A program made the position numbers and the translations under genes. A DNA stretch of 64,000 nucleotides, from the NCBI GenBank assembly GCA_000165425.1, contig CT868485.1:186001-250000 (forward strand). The letters are read 5' to 3'. The notes beneath the pieces were generated by a model, which was given only the letters and a program-made list of their open reading frames with translations, did not search any database and was not told the origin of the DNA. Shown here piece after piece: positions 26,069-37,800 of this stretch (position 1 is the stretch's first letter; each line of letters opens with the position of its first letter). This DNA comes from Paramecium tetraurelia. Taxonomy: Eukaryota.

Positions 26069-26527
26069 TCACCATTATTCATCAGTTTAATCCATCTTCT
26101 AAAAAAACATCGCCTATTGACGTAGCTTTTGATTAAAATGCAAATCCTTTTAGATCTTCACGTAATTTTGAAAGTGTTCCTACTTGGACAAATATTTCAC
26201 TTCCTTTTGATCTTCTACAAATAATTATATACAATATATACTTTTTTAGTAGCTACTTTTCTTTATCTAATCCACCTTCTGTCTCACTTTCTGTTAATCT
26301 CCTTCCTTCAAACTGTGAATATTAACTATATCCAAATCTTGATTTCTATCTCCCTTTATTGAAGTTAGACAAAGCAAGTGGTACCATATTTTCTTGTCAA
26401 AGCCAAAACCAGGTGGTCGAGTCAATACATGTCCTATCCTGATGTCATCCTTAACAATGTTCTAAAGACAATTCTAACATTTCACTCTATTTGAAAGAGC
26501 ATAACCAACTTCAATATACTATTTCAT
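26069..26527 (-). CDS. Stand-alone PARP-type zinc-finger protein (~143 aa)
   Basis: YIEVGYALSNRVKCQNCLQNIVKDDIRIG...WYHLLC...IHSLKEGDQQKV is the C-x2-C...H-x2-C zf-PARP pattern; one probable 27-nt intron. Confidence 0.88.
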
Positions 26528-27510
26528 TATAAAATCAAAGTCCTCAACACTTAATCAAACCTTTAAATTGTTAAAATCATTTCAATATTTTTTCCTTTAA
26601 AATTTGATCCTAAATGTTGCTTAATCGACTATAGATATTGCCATAGTTTCATTCACAACACAAATTTATACTAAATTTTCATCATGTATATTTTTATATA
26701 ATTAGTTTTAGCTGTTATTATTATATAAAATTGTGATAATACTTCTGTTTTTTAAACAATTAACTTTCTCCTGAATGTATTATTAGAATATCTTACTCTA
26801 AAGTAGAGAGTCTAAAATATCATATATACTAATAAATAATAATATTTCTGCTCTTTCTTTTCTCCATAAAAATTCATTCGTTAGATCAGATCATTCTTAA
26901 GTGTCAAAATTTACCTTCGTTTCAATCCAGGAGTCCATTCATCAAGTGGATTTGCTGTATATGGCATATATATGATAATGGGGAAAAGTTTGAAAATTTT
27001 TGTAGGACATTTTAATAATTAAGAAGTATATTTAACTAGTTATGTTGATTAAATTATTACTTTATTATAAAATAATGTAAATGTAAATGATTCCAAACTG
27101 TTATATTAAACTTATATTGCTTATTAATAAAATAGAGAAAAACAATAAAAAAAACCCAATTTTTCATTTAACCTGCAAGAGCTGTTTGATTTTTGAAGTC
27201 AAAAAAGAAAAAATTAAATAAATAGAGGAGCCTTCAATAAGTCATGGATGATATAAGATTCGAATTATATTTGATTATTTTTATATTAATATTAAATTCT
27301 GAGTTGATTACGTTCTAGCTCAATGTTGGCACAAATTTATTACTAATCATTAATGAGGCCTTTCTGGTATGTATAATTTGCAATTTTGTGAGGTATTATT
27401 AAAATTTTAGCAGTAAAAGTATTAAATATTGCTTTATTGTGACGCACTAAGGGCTGATTTGCTCGAATTTGGATATTTATAAAGATTTTTAAATATTAAT
27501 ATTGAATTAG

Positions 27511-27968
27511 ATGAATCTCATGGAGGAGGGCGAATAGAAGAGCTTTAACGAGTGATCAAGAATCTAAATCGCCCTAAAAAAAAGAACTTAGGCCTCGTTC
27601 TAATATAGTCCCAGGCATATTCTAAGAATATAAGAGACCATACATTAAAGTACCTCCAGTTTCTAAGGATTAACTGTCTAGACTGGTACTCAAGGAAGGG
27701 TTTAAAATTAAAGAAGTATGATACTGAATATTGAATTTAATAGGCTGCTAAGAAACTCCAAATCAAGTACGCCACAGCTAAAACTATTATATTCCATCTT
27801 CGAGAGGAAAAGAAATAAATTATTTAAGTAGGATCGAAGATGTGCTCATACACTGAACTGCAATCAGGTATGATTTCGAAGCTAAGAATTATTTCAACAA
27901 CCTCAAATGACATAATTTCAAACGCTGATTATCATTTAGTCCCTCTAAATACTTCGCAAATCCATTGA
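27511..27968 (+). pseudogene. Ciliate HTH (psq/homeodomain-like) gene with a frame disruption near the 5' end
   Basis: HTH frame KRPYIKVP...LVLKEGFKIKE|AAKKLQIKYATAKTII has no ATG upstream of the HTH (TGA at 27512). The ATG 27511 frame stops at 27553, one base out of register. Confidence 0.55.
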
Positions 27969-28997
27969 AAAATCTATTTTTATACGATTCCTATGTTGAA
28001 TAAATAATTTGAAAACACAATTTAAAATTCAATTATATTTCTAAAAACATAAAACTAAATCAATAGATCAATTGTTCTCATTTTTCTACTTTCTAAGTTT
28101 TAGACTATTACAGTTCTCCAAGTTTTACTAGTTTCTATTAGTTTTCCTTCAACAATTTGAAAATCCTGTTTAAACATCCAATTTAAAGAATATCAATTAC
28201 TAAATAAATAGCACTATAACTCCACAAATACAGCTCTTTATACTCATTAAGATCCTATGCCTGTCTACAGCTGATTTATTTTTAGACCAAATATGGATAT
28301 CTCATATTTAAAATATTTTTCATCACACAAGCAAAATCTTGAGTTCTACAAAAGATTCTAAATAAAAATCCTTTTTGTAATTCAATACATTTACATCCCG
28401 GCTTTATATTGTAAAAATTGCACCTTTTCTATTGCATCAGCATTGATTATTGAGATGAGTTTCCTATTAAATTCATAATAACATTTCTATTTATAGATTA
28501 TATTAAGTGATCATTAAATTATTTATAGAACAAAAATTAGTCATTTTACAAAAATAATATCCCACTTCTTCCTCTTACAATATATCGATACCATCCTTAC
28601 TTTGACTTCTCTGAATATTTCTTAAACTAATTTGTTGTTCTCCAAATATAGTTATCGACTGTGAAGCAATTTTCTAATTTTAGATCAATCTAATACTCAT
28701 TTTTCTAAATGATTTTTCTGCCTAAAGATTCCAATAAACAGCGTGTTGAGGCTAAAGAACATCTAATTAAAACAACAAAGAGTATGCTAATGAAAATAAA
28801 AGAACCTCAAACCAACAGCTTGTTACATAATAATAATTCTCATTACTTTTGTTATAAGCTGAATACAAAAGAAAAATTGGATGTACTCTGATAATAATTA
28901 TATCAAATAACAACTAAGCAACTTAATTACTTGATCAAATTATTGATGTTTTATGAAGAAGTTTAATATTATAATAAATTAACCTAAATAAATTAAA

Positions 28998-29633
28998 TCA
29001 TTAATTTTTTGCTTCCTCTCTTTAATCCATTAATATTGTAATAAAATAACTGAAGAAAACTATAGTTGAGATAAGAAAGGCCCAAAAATGCAAGAGATTC
29101 TCGCCTCCAATGCATTTTCCTGTCCAAGGACAATGATGATCATAATTTTTTATACAAACTCTACAAAATGGGCAATGATCAGATCGAGCAGGTTATATTT
29201 TTTAGCATTTTTCACAATACCACACATTTCTTTGTTATGGTTTGTTTGGTAATGTGTATAGCTACCCAAGATATTTGTAATTCAAAGATGAGTCATTTGC
29301 AATGCCAGGATTAGCTAATCCAACAACCAAATAAAATATTGATTATACAATTGTTATTATAACTCCAAAAGTAATATCGTGACCATGAGCTAATTAATTT
29401 CTCATCATTAGATATGCAAATATATTGAATCCAATCAATGTACCAGCAAATAACGGCCCTATGTTATAAATATAATATAATTTACAATGAGGCCCTAAAA
29501 ATATCGTTTTAGCTATGATCACATATTCACCAAATGAATTGTTATCATTCAAAGGTCTTGGTACACACTCTGGAGACATATCCATTGATCCGTAATTCTC
29601 AACACCTTCAGCCTTTATTAAAATATGCTCCAT
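28998..29633 (-). CDS. Short DHHC palmitoyltransferase-family protein
   Basis: LGPH|WP, NPG, CEKCQKIQPARSDHCPFCRVCIKNYDHHCPWTGKCIGGENLLHF; only one TM follows DHHC before the stop. Confidence 0.92.
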
Positions 29634-30401
29634 ATTATCTATGAGAATTTTCAATAAATAATAATTTCAAGTGCTCATATTATAATTATAATATAATTTA
29701 AACTCTATTTGAATGTATTGCAAATTGAACTAGTTTTGAAGAATAGTGTAATTAAAAGTAATTGATAAACCATTTATACTCTTGAATTGATTCAAATAGA
29801 AATTGAACTGATAAAAATGTTCATCTAGTATTCAATTTTTTTAATTTAAGACTTTTGTCTCAATTATCTTTAAGTTTAGAATTTTTTAATTTACTTTGTA
29901 ACTAATTATTAATCATAATTAGTCAATTTGAATTAAAAATAGATTATTTTGAATTTATAAATTTTCAGGAATGATTTTACAAAATTTATAGATATTCTTA
30001 ACATCTTAGTATAATAAATCAAAAATATGCAAATTTAGATATAAGTAAATTATTAGTAATTAATAAGCTAATTATGCATTATTTGCTTTAAATTGTTAAT
30101 AGATTTACAAAAGATTCAATATCTAATTATGGTATTGTAGAATAAAAAAATGAAAAGATCTATGTAGATTAGAATAACTTATTTGTTTGCATTTTAAATT
30201 AAATTTAATAATAATTTTTTGGGGATTCTCACCTTTTGCATTTAATTTGATTAATTAAAATATTTAATGAATTGATCTATTAAATGTAACATTTAAAAAT
30301 GCATTTATTTACTCTATACTATTTTTGAAGATATTGGATTTGTTAAGTAGTTTTTATGAGTAAAACCATTCAAATATGTGTAAATATTATTTAATAGAAT
30401 A

Positions 30402-33400
30402 TCATTGTTGTTGTATGTTTTGTAATAAATAGTCTATAAATCTGTCTCCATCAACATTAAGTATTTCAATATATTATTTGGTAGCTAACATATCATTTTC
30501 ATCCTTATGGACAAAGTATAGCAATTCCTTAATGTAAATAACACGGTCAAAGTAATTAGTATCTAAATAAGATTGATAAATAATTGTACTTTCCTCTTCT
30601 GGAATCCTCTCATACTCATCAAACCAAGCTGGAGTATTAACAAAAGTATCCTTATTTACCAAAGGTTGACCTAGTTTGCTTGCATACTATTATAGTTCAT
30701 CTTCTTTTGGAGTGGGAGATGAAAGAAGAATCAAATATGTACAAATTTATCTGACATTGACATAACTAAAATTTAGATTTTGATATTTACCCATTTTAAT
30801 CTAGAATTAATAGTGCTTGCATCCATTTGGATGGTGAGTATTTCAAAACACCATAAGAAGATCTCGCTAAAAGCAAAGCCAATTATTTAATGTCGATTAG
30901 CAAATGTGTGCTAGTGATGGCTCTCAAGTCTTCTATCAAATAATAGAGCTGAGAAATAGAATATCTTTCTTTGGATAATGGTTCCCTTGCAGTTAATGGA
31001 GGAGGAATTGGCGTTAAGAAGTTTAAGACCTCATGACTAATAATAACATCCACAAACTATAATTAAAGTTCCTTCTAGATTCTCTCCACTCTTTCGATAT
31101 ACCCTCTAAATAAGCCAGAGATTGCATCTAAGGCTTTAATTTCTGTTTAATGAGTGTAATAGATCCATTCATCTATTTTCAGGTATAATTGATCAGCCCC
31201 CCTATCTAAATGTTCTAATTTATTATTATGCATATCTTTTTATAGCATCCACTCTATCCTTAAAAATTTATTTTTCTAAACTGATAGCATTGACAGCATC
31301 AGGGTTTTGAATTTCTTTTTTGACAACTTCCTCTTCCTTTCCTTTCTTCCCTTTTTTTTCATCCTTTTTTGCTGGTTGTTTACCTCCTTTTTTGGTTTTG
31401 TCCTCTACAATTTCTTCTTCTCCTGCAAATATTCTTAAAGAATCAGCAATGAGTTTATCTAATCTTACATTAGGATCGTCTCCATCTTGCAATTGCAATT
31501 CTCCAACACTAGGTTAAATGTCTTATAATTCTATAGCCTCTAATGTTCCATAGTAGTATCATTTAGCAATTGGACTGAATTTTAGGCTCGATCTAATTCT
31601 GTCGCTAATAATTATCTCACTTATAATAAAAAAGAGATCAATTTCATTTTCAATGAATTAAGAGGATTGTATTTACTATTTTTCTACTAGCAAATCATCT
31701 CTTTTCTAATCGATTATATCAATTAATTGATCATATAAATCATCTACTCTTTAGTGCAATTCTTCTTTGCATACATCTTCTTCACATAAATCTGGATTTT
31801 CTTACACAAATTAATTGTATTATTCCTAGAAATTTCTCACATGATAGAACTTCTCATCTGGAGTATTAATTAGATCTATGAACTTTCTCTAAATATCCAT
31901 TAAATAATTTGTGATGAATTCTCTTTGTTCTCTTAAACCTTTGAAAATGTTTTGGAGGGTAATGTATTTATTTTCTATTTGATTCCAAAATGAATGTAGA
32001 TATTAAAGAAACTGTTGGCTTGGTTGCTTTAAAGGTAATGAATCTAATTAAACCTACTTGGATTAGCACTTTTTGTCTAATTCAGCTTACTCTTATTATT
32101 GCTTGATCAACTCCTCCTATTCCAATATATCATTCTACTACTTATCATATTTCTATTATATTTTGTTAATTTGAATTTAAAGAAAGTTTTAAAATATTTT
32201 ATCAACATCATAAAATACTCTCTCATAATTATTTGAAGCATCTACACTAATGAATGCATTTTAAACATTTGAATTATCTGTAGATTCAAAATTATTATAC
32301 CAATTCTTGATTCCTTCAATCTATGTCATAAAATAGGCATTCTTATCTGATATTATTTATTATAAATTGTCAACTTCATAGAGTGGTTTAATTCTTTCAA
32401 TCAATGGAGCATTATCCGACTTGAGGAGTGTTGGATTCCAAATGATATAATGAGTGATTATGATGATCATACCTTCTTCCTATGGCTCTCCTTAAACACT
32501 ACTCATTTGATGGCATTTCTAAGTAGACACAGACTCCCACTCCACTTTCCTATTTTTTACGTGGAATAACTGCATAATCAATAGGCTTGACTACCCTAGC
32601 AGCTTCTTTAAGTCTAGCCTCCAATGGAGTGAGTTCATCTTGAGGCTCAATTCCTGTTAAATGCTTTTCTAGTAACTTAGCTTATTCATAATTATGGGGA
32701 AATCCAACCAATAACCATCCCTTATTGTATGGTCTATGAAAATCTTCCCAATTTATACCATCATCATTAAATTCATCAAGTGTTCTAATTTATCTAGGAT
32801 TAAATGATTAATATTTGGCTTTGTATTCTTCATAAATCTATTCAAATTCTTATTTGTCAAATAGCCTTTTGATTTTCTAGACAATTGCTTTGATATACAG
32901 TTCTTCAGGGATATCTTCTCCTTAACAAAGATACTCTGATATTTGTTAACCTAATTCAATTTATTGTTAATCCCAAACTTACGAATGCTCTTCACCTTAT
33001 TCATATTTCTTTATATATTCTAGTAATTCATTTATAATCACATCGATTGACAATATTTGAATACCATATTTTTTGGCAAGCAATTCACTTATAGTTTTCT
33101 TACCACTAAATGAGAATCCAATTAAGCTTCCTCTGAAAGGAACAAAAGGTAGATCTGTAGATTGTACTTCTGATGTAGAATTCTAAAATTAGCTCTCAAT
33201 CAGGTATCTGACTAGGTTCCCTAGAGAATAATTATTTTGAGCTTAATAGAGATCCCACGCCCCAGTTCCCTCTAGATAATCTTGCATTTCCATTTTTGCT
33301 AGAAATACCTTTTGTTTATAGTTAAGACTTTCTTGTTTTTTCATCTCTTTGATGGGATCATAAGTTCTAAATCTTTTATAAGGAATTAGTTCCATGCCTT

Positions 33401-34812
33401 ATTTGAATAGATGATGGTTTTCTCTGGTAAATTGCTTGTTAAATTAATTAGAATCATTGTTTTATAAATGTTCATAAAGCTATTCTTCAATTTCGAAGAG
33501 AACCTCCACTAATTTTTTACATTTTTCATAATTTGATTGTCTAATATGTAATTTATATTCGACATTAATTTCTAATTATCTTCTTTATTGTAATTCTATT
33601 TCTTCATTAAATTCTGATTATAAAGCTCTTAACATCTCTTCTTCTTTAAATTTCTAATTAATTACATTGAGTTCTTATTTATTTCTATAGTTTTCATCTC
33701 TTAATTGTCTATTTTCCAAAATAACTTCCTGACATTAATAGGCTCTCCAGATTTCATACATAATTTCTTTTTCTTATTTACTTTATTATTTGAGTTTTTC
33801 TAAAACAGTGTATTCTCTTCTCTGTAATTCATCTGTTTACTTTTCCTAATCCACAATCATTTTTCTTCTTCTTTTATCTCTCTCCTTTCTCAAGAATTCA
33901 CTCATCATCTTATTCCTCAATCCTAAGGAGACTGGTTCTTGAGTTGCTCTGGTTTCAAATTGTTCTATTTGATCCTCTATCTCACTTCTCATTACTTGTT
34001 ATGTTTGAATCAATCTATCTTCAGTTGCTTTTTGCATTGTAGATTTGAATTTTTCATCAGCTACTTTATTTTTATGTCGAATTTATTAATTTTTTTTCCA
34101 ATTTTCAATTCCTTTTTGATTCCAATCTTCCATAAATGCCATATTTCTTTGTAATTTATTCAACTAGATTTTTCTCATTTCTTCTTTTAGATTTCTTTCC
34201 TCTGTTTCCTCTTTGATTTTCAACCGACGTTCTTTTTCGGCTTATTAAATGGCAAATGATGTAAACTTCCCAAGATGCATGTCTAAGTTTACATCCTTCT
34301 ATGCTTTATTCTTCTCATTAAGTTTAGATATAAAGAATTCTTATTCCATTTTATCAAATTAGTCTTTTGGTTATCTGATAACCATTAATGGTTATATGAC
34401 ATTATATTTACCAGTTTTTGCATGCATCATCACATCATGAGGATCATTTACTTTTTGCAATTACTATGTTAATGAATAGATTGGATACCATTTGTAATTG
34501 ATAGAGCAATTACATAGCAACTCCTTTCTTGCCTTTGATTACTTGATCAGCAATTTGAAAATTAAATGGGATGTGTAAAGTCTTAAATGTTGGTTCCAAC
34601 AAAGTGAAATTCTTCATCTTGGCTTCCCTTACATCTCTTAATTTTGAAATCAATAATTACTTATTTGAGAATTCTTCGAAATTGAGTTGTTAATTGAACT
34701 TGCTCAGTAACTCTCCAAATAGATACCCATTATGAAAATCCTTTTCAAAAGATGTCACCTTCCTACTCAACTATACTTCATCATTCAACCACACCATTAG
34801 AAGTTACGACAT
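30402..34812 (-). CDS. SPEF2: Sperm flagellar protein 2 / CPC1 (ciliary central-pair protein)
   Basis: N-terminal CH domain WLNDEVQLSRKVTSFEKDFHNGYLFGELLSKFNQQ...NFTLLEPTF; coiled coil; adenylate-kinase-like LIGFSFSGQKT and GWLLVGFPHNYEQAKLLEKHLTG; several introns. Confidence 0.9.
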
Positions 34813-34834
34813 TTTATATATAAATATATTATAT

Positions 34835-37800
34835 TCATATTTTAATCGCTCCTTTCTATATCAAAAGCGGTTCCAAAGAATCGCTTCTTGACACAATATT
34901 GGAATTCTTCAAAATGCAATCCTTAGCTTAAATGAGGGGACACCTTGAAATGGTCCTATAGCAATCAAACTTCTGATTATCCATCATTTTGAATAGATGG
35001 ATAGATCCATCGAAGCAACCCGCAGCAAAGATCTATCCAACAGGGCAAAAATCAACACACTTCACCTAATCAGTAGTGGGTAGACTAGCTAATTACTTTT
35101 GAGTCGTCAAATCCCAAATCCCTATGCTTAAATCATCACTGCCTGATATGAGCATTTTGCAGTCAGGAGATACTGCAAGTGAACTTATTGTATTTTGATG
35201 CCCTGAAATTACAGAAATTTCTCTCTATTCCTTTAAGTTATAAGTTTTGATTGTATGATCACTACTACCTGAAATTAGAATATCCTCCACCAACTTCAAT
35301 GAATTTACTGAACCTCTATGAATTTTGATTTAATGTTCTTTCTATTTGGTTTCGACATTCAAAACAAATACCGTATTATCTGCACCCCCTGATATGATGT
35401 TACCATTCTTCATAAATTGTAAACAGTTGACTGTGTGAGAATGAACATCAAACACTTAAGTTAAAGAATAGTCTTTTAGGTTCCAAATCTTAACGATGTA
35501 GGAGAAACCTCCAGAACCAGAGGCCAACATTGAACCATCATTAGAAAAAGCTAAAGATTAGATGGAATCACACTCAGAATTAATAATATGCAATTGTTTC
35601 TAAAACTATGGATCCCAAATTCGAATAGTTCGATCGTCTCCACCAGAAGCTAATATCATCTTAGTGGGTGAAAATAAAACGCACCAAACCATCTCAGTGT
35701 GACCTTCAAGTCTGCAAATTAAAGTGCCTTCTTAAACATTCCATAATTGTACACTGCAATCTCTACTTCCAGATGCCAGCATTTCGCCATCAGGAGAGAA
35801 ACTAAGAGATGACACATAATTTAAATGGCCATCTAAAACATAATCTTATTTTGTAGCAGTAACATTCCATTATCTAATCATTTTATCTTGACTTCCAGAA
35901 TACAGAACCATCCCATCTGGAGAGAACACTAAAGATGTAACAAAGTGGGAATGTCCTTGCAGATATCCTATTTATTTGAATGTTTTCACATCCCATAATC
36001 TAACTGATTAATCATCTGAACCTGATGCTAATATTTATCCATTTCTTGTGAAACTTAAACTATTTACATTACTACCATGTCCTTCTAATGTGCTCAATTA
36101 TCTCAATTCTTTAATATCCCACATCACTATTCTTCCATCCTTATATCCAGAACTTAACAATTACTCATCTTTATGTAAAGATATTGTCAATACTTCGCTC
36201 TCATTTTATAATACTTCACATTAACTTCTCTTCGCTACATCCCACATGATAATTTTTTTGTCTTACCCACTTGAAATCAATTTTTAACTATTTTCATATA
36301 GTAATAATGATGTTATAGCTTTTTGATGTCCCTCCAAGACAGCTAAAATCTATTTAGACTTAATATTCCATATCCGTACAGTATTATCATTTCCTCCTGA
36401 TACCAGAATATTTGAATCTTAGGAAAATATCACGCATGTTACACTCTCATCATGTCCCTCCAACACATCCATTTACTTTCCAGTTTTGATTGACCACAAT
36501 CTGATTGTTTTATCATTGCTACCTGATGCCAAGATTTAGTTATCATTTGATATACTTACATATCTTACCATGTCAGTATGTCCTTCTAAAATTTAAATTT
36601 GTTGACAAGTCTTAGCATTCCATAAAATTATTATATTATCTTCTCCTCCTGAAATCAAAGTTGATCCATCCGATGTAATTGCGATAGATTTAACATAATC
36701 CTTGTGTCCTTAGAAAAATGGCTTTTCTTTGCATATCATATTTTTCCACTCAGAGTTACTTAAATTTGCTTTATTAAAATTACATGAATCTATGGCCACA
36801 TTATTCATCTTAGTATTCTACATATTACAATTGTAAAATGATAATCCATATAATTTTGTATCAGATATATTTATATTACTGATGTCTTAATTGTTCAAAT
36901 TCAGTTGTAGAAAGCTCAATAAATAAATACAATTAGATGAAACTCTTTCTAGTTTTGGAAATTTTCCAGATAGCTTCACTAATGATAATAATTTCGATTA
37001 TAATTAATCTATTTATATTACTTCACTTTTTAGTATGTTTAAGCTGCCTGAAAAATGTTCTAATGTTATATTAAATGAAGGTTAGTTGTATAAACTAGAC
37101 TCCATTTTTTCAATGTAATCTTGAATATATTGTCTCTACAGAGCCGTAATGTCTTAATCTAATTTTATTCTTTCTAAAAATTCGTAAATGTATTTAGCAA
37201 CATAGAACTCCTATATTGATGTGTGACTAAATGAGTAATTACTACCACTTTAAACTATTAACATAGAATTTCTGATTAATGTTTTATATTCCTTCTCTCC
37301 ATATGAGTCATTAAAGTATTGATCTTGCCATTCCTCTTAAAATTAGGAGAAATGTTATGCTTTCCTAATTTTAAGTTCTCCTTTAATTTTATATTCGATT
37401 GATGTTACTTAATTTTTAGTCATATCTAGTGCTAAGGATTATGAAAATTCTTATAAGTCCACTTTAACTGTTTCATAGTTATATACCTTTCCCATCTTCT
37501 TCCATTTATCTATTTGCTAATCATGGTAGTAACTTATAAATGATTCATAAAATTAATATGATGTAAATTACTTTTATTTTAAAGATTCGTAAACAATTCT
37601 GGCATCATTTTCAATATTAAATAATTGATTCATTATCTTTAGTGATTTATCATCAATCAATTCAAAAGTATTTGATTCAGAGAAAAAACTAAAAAAGTTT
37701 TGATTATCTAAATTCATAATAATCTTCATTCCAACATCCTTTAAGTCTTTAACATTAAATTCTTAATAATCCGAATCATTTTTTAGTCTCATCATTTTTT

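Noticed and set aside
4717..29633. Apparent lipid/acylation theme (acyl-CoA ligase, CoA Nudix, acylated pseudokinase, DHHC)
   Set aside because: The genes are dispersed among unrelated ones, and ciliate gene order gives no evidence of a functional cluster.
34980..36720. Periodic ~126-nt pattern as a possible CRISPR-like or DNA-level repeat array
   Set aside because: It is the WD40 coding periodicity, and the units are diverged at the DNA level.
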